This document shows, one piece after another, positions 48,327 through 57,633 of a stretch of 64,000 nucleotides of DNA; position 1 is the first letter of the stretch; every line of letters starts with the position of its first letter. The stretch spans positions 7,104,001 to 7,168,000 of the forward strand of contig OZ244561.1 of assembly GCA_965217585.1 (NCBI GenBank), given 5' to 3'. The notes below the pieces were generated by a model, which saw only the letters and a program-made list of their open reading frames with translations, did not search any database and was not told the origin of the DNA. Position numbers and translations under genes: made by a program. The DNA comes from Candidatus Latescibacterota bacterium. GTDB lineage: Bacteria > Latescibacterota > UBA2968 > UBA8231.

Positions 48327-48730
48327 GGCAAATGTTCGTGGATACGGCCGCATGGGTTGCGGCCGCGGATAGCAGTGATACGGCGGGTTCGGCTGTACGA
48401 GAAGCTCGGGATCAATGGCTGTCGTCAGGAGGTATACTGACGACGACCGACTATGTGATCGACGAGACTCTGACCACCGTCCGGTTCCGCCTTGGTCTTA
48501 ATGCTGCTGAAGCTTGGTGGCAGCAAATCGACGGTTCGGCTCGACTGCGGATCGAGTCCATTGACGAACCGCGAAGAGAACGGGCGCGGTCACTCTTCTT
48601 CGGCTATCGGGATAAGGAATTCTCCTTTACCGACTGCTGCAGCTTTGTTCTCATGCGAGAACTGCGAATCCGTCGAGCATTGACGTTGGACCACCACTTT
48701 CGACAGATGGGCTTTGAAGTTATCCCGTAA
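48323..48730 (+). CDS. vapC: VapC-like PIN domain toxin
   Basis: 'MFVDTAAW', 'YVIDET', 'FSFTDCCSF', 'LTLDHHF'. Confidence 0.88.
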   Translation: MRQMFVDTAAWVAAADSSDTAGSAVREARDQWLSSGGILTTTDYVIDETLTTVRFRLGLNAAEAWWQQIDGSARLRIESIDEPRRERARSLFFGYRDKEFSFTDCCSFVLMRELRIRRALTLDHHFRQMGFEVIP

Positions 48731-48769
48731 GCGCAGCAGGTTTTGACAAGCCGTGTGAAGTCTGTCGCC

Positions 48770-48961
48770 ATTTCCGGGGTGGCAACGCCCCGGCCTCATT
48801 GAAGTCCGTAGGGGCTCTTGTTCCTCGTCGATGCGTCCGCGGTAATTTCCGGGGTGGCAACGCCCCGGCCTCATTGAAGTCCGTAGGGGCGACCGGCCGG
48901 TCGCCCCTACATCGCCATTTCTCATATTTCCGGGGAGGCCCCGCCCCGCCCTCATTGAGGC
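48770..48961 (+). CRISPR. Degenerate three-repeat mini-array between two TA operons
   Basis: Repeats at 48770-48805 and 48845-48880 (34/36, identical to each other) and 48926-48961 (more decayed). Confidence 0.85.
48883..48910. repeat. Perfect 28-bp GTAG-type REP-like palindrome in spacer position
   Basis: GTAGGGGCGACCGGCCGGTCGCCCCTAC. Confidence 0.75.
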
Positions 48962-48983
48962 TTACCGCAACTTCATATATATT

Positions 48984-48998
48984 TGACTAACATAGTCA
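48984..48998. promoter_or_regulatory. Likely antitoxin operator
   Basis: TGACTA-aca-TAGTCA just before the AGGAGG of the Phd gene. Confidence 0.55.
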
Positions 48999-49013
48999 TA
49001 AGGAGGAAAATCC

Positions 49014-49310
49014 GTGGGAAAGTCTCGTCGAGCCGAACAGATTGGGCCGGTATCGATTCCCGGCTGGAAGCTGGGGGAGGCCAAAGCCAAGTTCAGCGAG
49101 GTGGTCCGCCTTGCTGCTGCGGGCCAGCCACAGCGGGTAACGGTTCACGGTAAGGTCGTCGTGGTCATCGTCGCAGTAGATGAATTTGAAAATCTCCAGG
49201 CGCGGGAAAAGTCGGCCAGTTTGCACGAACTCCTGTCCCAATCCCCTCTGAACCGCATCGAGTTCGGCGACGATAGTATTCGGAGCCCGGTTCGAGAGGT
49301 CGAGTTGTGA
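49014..49310 (+). CDS. Phd/YefM family antitoxin
   Basis: 'WKLGEAKAKFSEVVRLA...PQRVTVHGK'. Confidence 0.85.
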   Translation: MGKSRRAEQIGPVSIPGWKLGEAKAKFSEVVRLAAAGQPQRVTVHGKVVVVIVAVDEFENLQAREKSASLHELLSQSPLNRIEFGDDSIRSPVREVEL

Positions 49311-49732
49311 ATGGATGGCTGCTCGACACCAACGTCGTGTCCGAGTTACGGAAAAAGCGGCCCGATCGTCGGGTGAAAGCATGGTCGGATGTGCAAGTAG
49401 CGGACAGCCTGTTCCTCAGCAGCGGCACGCTGGCCGAGATTCGGTACGGCATCGAAAAACAGCCGGACCCTAAGTTTCGCAAAGAACTCGCAACGTGGCT
49501 TGACCACAGGCTGAGACCCTGGTTTGCAGGACGTATCCTACCCGTGGACGAGGAAGTAATCTTGGAATGGCGCCGAATGGTTGCACGGGGCCGGGAACAG
49601 TCGATCACTTTTAGCCAGCCAGATCTTTTTATAGCCGCCACCGCGCACGTACATTCCCTGACCGTCTGTACCCGCAACGAGGGCGACTTTCTCAGGGCCG
49701 CCGTCCCGGTCTTCAACCCGTGGTCGGAATGA
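49307..49732 (+). CDS. vapC: VapC/FitB-like PIN domain toxin
   Basis: 'WLLDTNVVSE', 'LAEIRYG', 'DLFIAATA', 'TRNEGDF', 'NPW'. Confidence 0.9.
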   Translation: MNGWLLDTNVVSELRKKRPDRRVKAWSDVQVADSLFLSSGTLAEIRYGIEKQPDPKFRKELATWLDHRLRPWFAGRILPVDEEVILEWRRMVARGREQSITFSQPDLFIAATAHVHSLTVCTRNEGDFLRAAVPVFNPWSE

Positions 49733-49769
49733 ATATCGGCGAGAAAAGGTTTCTTAGGGATCCAAAGCC

Positions 49770-50561
49770 ATGAACGACCTCGAAACGCTACAATACCTGT
49801 TCGACGTGCAGGGCTACTTGGTGCTCGAAAACGTCCTCGACGCCGAGGAAGTAGCCGCTCTCAACCACTTGCTCGACGCGCACCTGCCGCCCGCAAAGGG
49901 CAACCGCTTTGGTGCTGCCCCCGACGGCTCGGGCTTTTTGGACTGGGGCCAGCCCTTTATCGATCTGCTTGACCACCCCCAGATCATGCCCGTGCTGCGC
50001 TTCCGCCTAGGCGATTGCTTCCGTCTCGACCGGATCTACGGCTTGTGTTTGCGCCACGGCATGTCCAGAGGAGCCCTGCACAGTGACTACGGCCCCACGT
50101 CGCCTACCTCCGGGGCGCAGCCGGGCCAGTACCATCCTCTGCGCGATAACCAGATCCTCAACGGCTTTGTCGTGGCGACTTGGAATTTGACCGATGCCGG
50201 ACCGGACTACGGCGGCTTTTGCTGCATTCCCGGTAGCCACAAGAGCAATTTCATACTGCCGCAACCGATTGCCGACGCGCCCGAACAAGCCCCCTGCGTG
50301 ATCATCCCCTCGGCCCGGCCCGGCTCTGTCACTTTGTTCTCCGAAGCCCTGACTCACGGGACGGCCGCTTGGCACGGGCACCACCAGCGGCGCGCCTTGC
50401 TCTACAAATACTGCGTCTCGCAAATGGCCTGGACCAACAGGCGCGTGCAACCGCCAGCCGACCTAACCCGGCGGCAACAACTTCTCTTTGGCGAGCCGGC
50501 CGATCCACATCGCTTTTTCCCCTCGCTCTTTGAGGGCGTTGAAGAAGAGGACGTCCCATGA
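49770..50561 (+). CDS. Phytanoyl-CoA dioxygenase (PhyH) family
   Basis: 'FDVQGYLVL', 'LHSD', 'IPGSHK', 'EALTHGT'. Confidence 0.85.
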   Translation: MNDLETLQYLFDVQGYLVLENVLDAEEVAALNHLLDAHLPPAKGNRFGAAPDGSGFLDWGQPFIDLLDHPQIMPVLRFRLGDCFRLDRIYGLCLRHGMSRGALHSDYGPTSPTSGAQPGQYHPLRDNQILNGFVVATWNLTDAGPDYGGFCCIPGSHKSNFILPQPIADAPEQAPCVIIPSARPGSVTLFSEALTHGTAAWHGHHQRRALLYKYCVSQMAWTNRRVQPPADLTRRQQLLFGEPADPHRFFPSLFEGVEEEDVP

Positions 50562-51756
50562 GGTCAATGCCCCCCAACCCCTTGCTCGAAGATCAATTAG
50601 CCGATCCTCTGTGGGAACGTTTCCTACACAGTTCCACCAGCAATTTGGCTCGGGCGAGTAGGCCGGATTTTCTAGGCGACGAACCTACACCTCTCCAATG
50701 GATGGCAGAAGACTGGGAGCGCTTAGAGGCCGAGCGCCGCGATATTTTTGACTTGGACAAGCTAGAGGCCCAATTCGACCACGACGCTTATCTGCGCGAT
50801 GGGTACGCCGTGCTGCGGGGCATCGTGCTCCCGTCCGTCATTGAGACTTGGACCAAGGTGCTGCAGTACGGCCAACGGCGCAATGACGCCCTTTTACAGG
50901 CGGACTGGAGCCAAATAGACTGGCTCACTTTGGGCCGCCGCCCGCCCGAGTGCCAACTCAGCGCCGAGGCTATTACCGGTGCTCTGGGCGGCAGCCAGAA
51001 AGCCCCGCAAAAAACCGACGAGGCTGGTGTGCCGACTCTGCGGCGGCACAGCGTTTTTACCGAGTATTTCCCCGCTGGCCATGTCCCGCTCCTCATGGAC
51101 GTGCTGACCCATCCGCAGATGCTGCACCTGCAGAGGTTGTGCTTGGGCACGGAAGCCGTGTATTTCGATCACAACCAGCTTCTGACGCGGCCACCGGGTT
51201 ATGCTGGCGGCGGCTGGCACAGTCACAAGATCGGTGCTGGCTACGACCGCGGCCCCGTCCGCGATGTGGCCGAGTACCAGGCCCAGCCCAATACTAACCT
51301 CACCCTGTGCTATCCCCAGGGCTTTAGCGCCGCCGATGATGGCGGCCTCAAGCTCATTCGCGGCAGCCACCTGTTCCGCGACCCGGACAACTGCCGAGGA
51401 GACACCGACGAGGAGATCGAAGCCGGTTGGCTCAAGGGGCGCGTCCATCCCATCACCAAGAAGCCGCTGACCATCGAACACCTCGAACTGCCCCCGGCTC
51501 GGTCGTCTGTTGCCTGTCGCACGGAGCACACGGCGTGGCTGTGAAGGGAGCGGACAAAGAGACTCGCTGGTGTAGCCTATACGCGTACAAAAAAGCCGAC
51601 GATCACACCGGCTTGGCGCAGCCGCCTCACGCCGTGCCGCCGCTATGGGCACTCAAAGCGCAGCGGGGCGAACTGCCGCCCGTTTTAACCGAACTGCTGC
51701 GCCCTAGCTTTGACCGCGCCTTGACCGGAGGCCGCACCGAGCCTTATCAAAATTGA
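50558..51756 (+). pseudogene. PhyH family gene with a one-base frameshift near 51491-51495
   Basis: Frame 1 reads to 'HLELPP'; adding one C gives 'GSVVCCLSHGAHGV...' in the frame ending at 51756. May be a sequencing error. Confidence 0.75.
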
Positions 51757-51790
51757 AGCACGGACCCCACACCTTTCGACGAGGTTGCCG

Positions 51791-52576
51791 ATGACTCCCG
51801 AACAAGCCGTAGAAAAACGTCAACAGCTACTGCGCGACGGATTCTGCGTGGTCGATAATATTCTCAGCGACGAATTCTTACGGGAATTGCGCGACGAGAC
51901 CGAGCGCATGATGGAAGACTGGGTGCCGCCGCCCGACTTTAAGTACCAAGGCCAACACGTCAGCGCGCGAGGAGAGGACAACCCGACCATCCAGAAGCTG
52001 CTCGACTGGCCCCCCACGCGCCGTGCCCTCGAACAAATGGGCTTGGGTGACTTTGCCAGCACGGGTGGCATCATCCTCTTGACTAAAGACCCCGACGAAC
52101 CGGCCCTGTATTGGCACCAGGACTGGATGCAGTGGAACGATCCCTTGAGCTGTTCGCCGTGGCCGCAGATCATTTTCGTGTCCTACTATTTGAGCGATAC
52201 CGCGCCGGAAAACGGTTGCCTCAAAGTCATCCCCGGCACCCACCACAAGCGCATCTCCTTGCACGATGAAATGGTGCCGGCCCACGAGCAAGGGGCGCGT
52301 TTCATCGAAGAAGACCACCCGACCATGTTCAGCGACCACCCGGACCAAGTCGATGTCTGCGTCAAGGTCGGCGACTTGGTGCTGGCCGACGCCCGCGTGC
52401 TGCACTCGGCGTATCGCAACCAGACCGACGAACGCCGCACGTTGGTGCTGGCTTGGCACCGGCGTCCGGAGACCGTTCCCGCCTATTGGACCGACGAAGT
52501 GCCGGCCATCATTGCCGAGCGCGACCCAGAAAAGGAATACCCCGGCTCGCGCATCCCCGGCGAACTCCTGCAATAG
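51791..52576 (+). CDS. Phytanoyl-CoA dioxygenase (PhyH) family
   Basis: 'WHQDW', 'ENGCLKVIPGTH', 'DARVLHSA'. Confidence 0.88.
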   Translation: MTPEQAVEKRQQLLRDGFCVVDNILSDEFLRELRDETERMMEDWVPPPDFKYQGQHVSARGEDNPTIQKLLDWPPTRRALEQMGLGDFASTGGIILLTKDPDEPALYWHQDWMQWNDPLSCSPWPQIIFVSYYLSDTAPENGCLKVIPGTHHKRISLHDEMVPAHEQGARFIEEDHPTMFSDHPDQVDVCVKVGDLVLADARVLHSAYRNQTDERRTLVLAWHRRPETVPAYWTDEVPAIIAERDPEKEYPGSRIPGELLQ

Positions 52577-52859
52577 GAATCTTGCATTGCCGTTTCGACG
52601 CTCTGCGCGTCCAATGACCCCATAGATACACGAACCTTTTATGCAGACGGATATAGGTTATGACAAGCTTTCAATACCTTGGGAGTTTGAGAAACGCAAC
52701 CCAGATGGAACTATGGAGAAGGATGTGCCGGCTGACCAATCAGACCTGCTAGAACTGGAGAGACGGCTCAAGCAGCCGATGGAAATTGATTATGTGGAGT
52801 TCTCGGACGATAGGTAGCGTTCAGTCAAGAAGCATAGACTCGTTGAGAGAGCCATCAAT

Positions 52860-53470
52860 GTGAGTGAATCCGTCCAATGCTTTTACGATGATCTAGCCGC
52901 TGATTACCATCATGTTTACGCAGACTGGGAATCGGCAATCAAACGGCAGTCGTCCACACTGGATCAGTTGATTCGATGTGCGTCTTCAGCGAGTTCACCG
53001 GTTATCCTAGACTGCTCGTGCGGAATAGGCACCCAAGCAATTGGCTTGGCACAGCGAGGATACAAAGTCTTCGCGTCCGATCTTAGCCCGGAGGCGATCG
53101 CGAAGGCGAAATCAGAAGCAGCCAAGCGGGGGGTGAGCATGCGATTCGCTGTTGCCGATGTTCGCGAGTTGGAATGTGCATTTGACCAGAAATTTGATGT
53201 AGTGATTAGCTGTGACAATTCCCTACCGCACCTTTAATAATGTTTCAGATCTGGGACTGGTCTAAGGAATCAGACACCTATCTATTGCGGCTTTTCATAA
53301 TGAGTCAGGCATCGAGTGGCTGGCAAGTGAAGGAGACCAAGACTCGCTACAGGGCACTAACACGCAACGAGCTTACTACGGCCTTGGAGTCAGCCGGATT
53401 TGCAAGAATCACTTGGCATGAGCCCGAGCAGTCTGGCTATTTTCAACCAATTGTGACGGCGCAGGCCTAA
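52860..53470 (+). pseudogene. Class I SAM methyltransferase broken by an internal deletion
   Basis: 'LDCSCGIGTQA...DNSLPHL*' then 'FQIWDW...YFQPIVTA' in another frame; the middle of the fold appears to be missing. Confidence 0.7.
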
Positions 53471-53516
53471 ACGAGTAGAAAATTCTCAAACTTCGACAAG
53501 GAGTCGGCTGACAACT

Positions 53517-54215
53517 ATGGTTGACAGATCAATTTTGAGAGAACAAGTAGCCTATTATCGGGCGCGAGCTGCCGAGTATGACGAGTGGCATTTACGCTCT
53601 GGGCGATACGACCGAGGCGAGGAGCATAAGCTCCAATGGCGTACAGAGTTGGATACTGTGCGATCGGCACTTGAGCGGGAGAGGCCGTTCGGCAAGTGTC
53701 TTGAGCTCGCTTGCGGCACGGGATTGTGGACAGCATGTCTGGCGCAAGGTGCCACCGACCTGACTGCCATAGATGCTTCTTCCGAGACGATTGAGATCAA
53801 TCGCACCAAGACTGGTAATGCTCCATTGCGGTATGTGGTGGCGGATCTTTTCGAGTGGTGGCCAGCCGAAAAGTATGACTTTGTCTTTTTTGGTTTCTGG
53901 CTGTCACACGTTCCGGCACAGCAATTCAATCGGTTCTGGGAGATGATTCGCGCCGCCCTAAATCCGGGGGGTAGAGCTTTTTTTGTAGACAGTCTGGCAA
54001 CTCAAGAGTCAACTGCACGCGATCACGCAGAAATCGACGATTCTGGAGTAATGGAAAGGAAGCTGAACGATGGTCGGACTTTTAACATCGTAAAAGTATT
54101 CCACGACCCGGATCAGTTGGAACGGCAATTACGCGATCTTGGCTGGAGCGGCTCAATTGGAAGAACCGAACAATTCTTTTACTACGGTTGCATGGTGCCA
54201 ACAGAAATTGGCTAA
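53517..54215 (+). CDS. Class I SAM-dependent methyltransferase
   Basis: 'YYRARAAEYD', 'LELACGTG', 'FWLSHVP', 'LNPGG'. Confidence 0.88.
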   Translation: MVDRSILREQVAYYRARAAEYDEWHLRSGRYDRGEEHKLQWRTELDTVRSALERERPFGKCLELACGTGLWTACLAQGATDLTAIDASSETIEINRTKTGNAPLRYVVADLFEWWPAEKYDFVFFGFWLSHVPAQQFNRFWEMIRAALNPGGRAFFVDSLATQESTARDHAEIDDSGVMERKLNDGRTFNIVKVFHDPDQLERQLRDLGWSGSIGRTEQFFYYGCMVPTEIG

Positions 54216-54272
54216 CAAGCAGATGTCGACAAGCTGTGCCGTCAATTGCCTTCACAAAGAAGCACAAGACAG

Positions 54273-54440
54273 ATGAGTCGGTATTCTGTTGGGTACGATG
54301 AGCGCACGGCTTGTTTCTTCGAGGAACGTACAGCCGACACACACGCCCAGTTCCTGCTGGATTACCTTGTTCCTGGGATGGACCTCTTGGACGATGGATG
54401 TGGACCTGGGACAATAACCAAAGGACTCGCGGAGATCGTG
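54273..54440 (+). pseudogene. N-terminal fragment of a SAM methyltransferase
   Basis: 'MSRYSVGY...RTADTHAQFLL...LLDDGCGPGTITKGLAEIV', after which similarity is lost. Confidence 0.6.
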
Positions 54441-54526
54441 ACACAACATATTCTACATTCCCAGCCGATGACCATAGGGCGGACCGCTCGAATCCCTGTC
54501 CATACGATACTTGTGAGGGGTTCCGC

Positions 54527-56377
54527 CTACCGATACTGCTTCGCTTGCGTATTGAACATCTGCGCGTACCTGCCGTTTTGGGCCAAGAGTTGCTCGTGAC
54601 TCCCCTGCTCGACAAGCTCTCCCTGATGCAGAACGAGGATGTGATCAGCCATGCGCACGGTGGAGAAGCGGTGGGAGATGAAGATAGCCGTGCGGTCTGA
54701 CGTGAGCTCGGCGAAGCGCGAGAAAACATCGCGTTCAGCAAACGCATCGAGGGCGGCTGTAGGCTCGTCCAAGATGAGGACCTCAGCTTCTTTCATGAAC
54801 GCGCGACTCAGCGCGATCTTCTGCCACTCGCCACCAGACAGATCAACACCCCCGTCGAATTCCTTTCCCAAGATTGTATCGTATTCCTTCGGCAGGCCCT
54901 TGATGAGGTCCGAGGCACCGCCCTCGTATGCCGCGCGTTCGATCCGGTCCGCATCGTCCAACAGGTCCACTTGACCAAAGCCGACGTTCTCCTTGGCTGA
55001 GAGGTCGTAGCGAACAAAATCCTGGAAAATCACCCCGATTTGGTGGCGCAGGCTTGCTAGATCGTATTCCCGAAGATCTCGTCCATCCAAGTAAATAGCG
55101 CCTTCCGTGGGGTCGTAGAACCGCGTCAAGAGCTTGACGACGGTCGTCTTACCCGCTCCGTTCTCCCCGACAACGGCTACCGATTCGCGCACCCTGATCG
55201 TAAAGGAAATGTTCTTTAACACATACTTGTCGGAGCCTGGATAGCAGAAGGAGACGTTGCGGAACTCAATGCCCTGGGTTAGACGGTCGGGGACTGGTAT
55301 CGGCGACGCAGGAGGCGGTGCCAGCGCCCCTTCAACTGAGCGGGGGTCGAGGTCGAGGAACCGAAAGAGAATCCCAGCGAAGATCGTATGCTCGTAGAAC
55401 AGCCCAAGATTGCGGAACAGGCTGGAAAACCCAGATCGTGCCTGCTCGGCAGCCTGGAACGCCAGTGCCACGGTGCCCACGCTGATATAGCCACCCACGG
55501 CTCGCACAACGGCGTAAGCCCAGATGGAGGCCGTCCCCATCATCGTGATCAGTCCCAGGAGAAAACTAAATCGTTCCTCGGCGAACCGGAGGCGAAATGC
55601 CTCCTTTCCGAATAAGCCCCAAAAATTGCTGAATCGTCTCAGCAATTCCTCGTGCAGTGCGAAGATGCGGATCTCCTTGACTGCCTCGCGAGAGCCGAGT
55701 AGCCGCGACATGTATTCTGCCATGCGCCGGTTACTGGCCACTGCTCCGTACAATGAGAAGCGCTTTCCAGCGTAATGACCACCGACGATCACCTGTGGTG
55801 CCGAAGTGACGAGCAGTATTATTGGCGCTGCCCAGTGTACTGAGAGCAGCACGGCCAACATGGCTGTAAGTCCGGTCAATGAGGAGACGATTAGCAGGGG
55901 TAAGATGGCGAGGTTGTGGGCGCGGTAGATTTCACTCCTGGCCTTCTCCATTTCATCGAAGAAGGCCGAGTTCTCGAAGAAGGCGATGTCGAGCTGAGCC
56001 GCCTTCCTTAGGATCAAATACTGGCTGTGATTGCTGACAAGGTACCCGACTTTTTCCAGCAGCCCATTCGCTGCTGCGCCACATAGAGACCCCAAGATCC
56101 AAACGCTGAAAACACCAGCGACCGGTATCAGCAGCCCGATCCAGTCCACTGCGGCTCCACCCCCATCACCCACAGCACTGACTACATTGTCGATGACAAT
56201 CTTGGTGATCCAGACCTGCGCAGCCGGGACCACAGCACCGAGCATGCTCACTGCGAAGGCCAGGATGGCATCCAGCTTGGCCGCATCCCAAATCAGGCGG
56301 ACGCACCGAGGGTAATATTCGATTACTTGGGCTATGGGCCGGAGAATCGCCAGCACTGAGCCTCCCTTATCCGACAT
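54527..56377 (-). CDS. ABC exporter, fused permease/ATP-binding protein
   Basis: TM helices, 'GENGAGKT', 'LSGGEWQKIALSRA', 'ILDEPT', 'ISHRFSTV'. Confidence 0.92.
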   Translation of the reverse strand: MSDKGGSVLAILRPIAQVIEYYPRCVRLIWDAAKLDAILAFAVSMLGAVVPAAQVWITKIVIDNVVSAVGDGGGAAVDWIGLLIPVAGVFSVWILGSLCGAAANGLLEKVGYLVSNHSQYLILRKAAQLDIAFFENSAFFDEMEKARSEIYRAHNLAILPLLIVSSLTGLTAMLAVLLSVHWAAPIILLVTSAPQVIVGGHYAGKRFSLYGAVASNRRMAEYMSRLLGSREAVKEIRIFALHEELLRRFSNFWGLFGKEAFRLRFAEERFSFLLGLITMMGTASIWAYAVVRAVGGYISVGTVALAFQAAEQARSGFSSLFRNLGLFYEHTIFAGILFRFLDLDPRSVEGALAPPPASPIPVPDRLTQGIEFRNVSFCYPGSDKYVLKNISFTIRVRESVAVVGENGAGKTTVVKLLTRFYDPTEGAIYLDGRDLREYDLASLRHQIGVIFQDFVRYDLSAKENVGFGQVDLLDDADRIERAAYEGGASDLIKGLPKEYDTILGKEFDGGVDLSGGEWQKIALSRAFMKEAEVLILDEPTAALDAFAERDVFSRFAELTSDRTAIFISHRFSTVRMADHILVLHQGELVEQGSHEQLLAQNGRYAQMFNTQAKQYR

Positions 56378-56510
56378 TGCTGTCTCTATCCACTTCTATA
56401 TACACACATCTACTACACGCTCGGTCAAGGCTGGCGTCTTCCACCAAATTAGCAAAACTTTGCCTTCTTCTTTTATTTACTTTCGTTCATAGTCCATCAA
56501 CCAACAAAAT

Positions 56511-57599
56511 ATGCCACTCTACTTCTTAGCCCTCTTCTTGGTCTCCACCGCCGCCGCCGACACCTGGAGCACCTTCCGCGGCAACCCCCAACTCACCGGC
56601 GTCGCCACCTCCGACCTCGCCCCGCCCCTAACGCTACTCTGGGCCTACTCCACCCAAGACGTCATCGAATCCACCGCCGCTATTCACGAGGGCACCGTGT
56701 ACGTCGGCTCGCTCGACGGCCAGCTCTATGCCCTCGACTTGCACACCGGTGCGCTAGTGTGGCAGTACCAAGCCGCCGACGAAATCAAGTCCTCCCCCAC
56801 CGTCGTCGACAGCACCGTGTACTTCGGCGACGAAGCCGGTACCTTCCACGCCGTCGCCACCCGGAGCGGTCAGCGCCGCTGGACTTTCGCCGCCGACGCC
56901 GGCATCATCTCATCGGCCAACCACACCGGCGACCGTCTCTACTTCGGCAGCTATGACCAGCACCTATATTGCCTCGACGCAACCGCCGGGACCCTGATTT
57001 GGAAAATCGCCACAGAGGGGTATATTCACGGTACGCCGGCGCTGTATGAAAATCGCGTCGCCGTGGCCGGTTGCGACGGATACTTGCGGCTCTTGGATCG
57101 CGCCGACGGCACGCAACACCAGCAACTCGCGCTAGGCGGCTACGTGGCCTCCAGCGCCGCCATCCACGCGGGACGCGCATACCTAGGCACCTTTGGCAAC
57201 GAAGTACTCGGTATCGATTTAGACACAGGAGAAATCCGCTGGCGCTACGCCCACGCGGTGCGAAAATTCCCGTTTTACTCGTCAGCGGCCGTCACCGACC
57301 AAGCAGTCGTCATCGGCGGCCGGGACAAGCTCGTACACGCCCTCGACCCGCAAACCGGCCAACCCTTGTGGACCTTTGCCGCGGGCGCGCGGGTAGATTC
57401 TTCGCCGGTCATCGCCGGCGATTACATTTATGTGGGTGCTCGTGCGCTCATCGCCCTCGCGCTCGCATCGGGCGCGGAAGTCTGGCGCTTTGAAACGGGC
57501 GCGGCCATCGCCGCTTCGCCGGCCGTCGCCGCCGACCGGCTCGTCATCGGTGCCACCGACGGCGTGCTGTATTGTTTCGGGCGCGAGGTCAAACCATGA
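56511..57599 (+). CDS. PQQ-like/BamB-type beta-propeller protein
   Basis: Signal peptide, 'WSTFRGN', repeated 'VYVGSLDGQLYALD..TG..VW' blades. Confidence 0.85.
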   Translation: MPLYFLALFLVSTAAADTWSTFRGNPQLTGVATSDLAPPLTLLWAYSTQDVIESTAAIHEGTVYVGSLDGQLYALDLHTGALVWQYQAADEIKSSPTVVDSTVYFGDEAGTFHAVATRSGQRRWTFAADAGIISSANHTGDRLYFGSYDQHLYCLDATAGTLIWKIATEGYIHGTPALYENRVAVAGCDGYLRLLDRADGTQHQQLALGGYVASSAAIHAGRAYLGTFGNEVLGIDLDTGEIRWRYAHAVRKFPFYSSAAVTDQAVVIGGRDKLVHALDPQTGQPLWTFAAGARVDSSPVIAGDYIYVGARALIALALASGAEVWRFETGAAIAASPAVAADRLVIGATDGVLYCFGREVKP

Positions 57600-57633
57600 T
57601 GCACCAAACATTTCGACCCAAAGGTCACAACCC

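Noticed and set aside
52641-52817. 58-codon ORF MQTDIGYDKLSIPWEFE...
   Set aside because: No RBS or recognisable motif; may be a gene fragment but cannot be supported.
54210-54260. attC-like start (GCTAACAAG...) after the methyltransferase
   Set aside because: No matching GTTRRRY end, no long imperfect palindrome and no integrase in the window.
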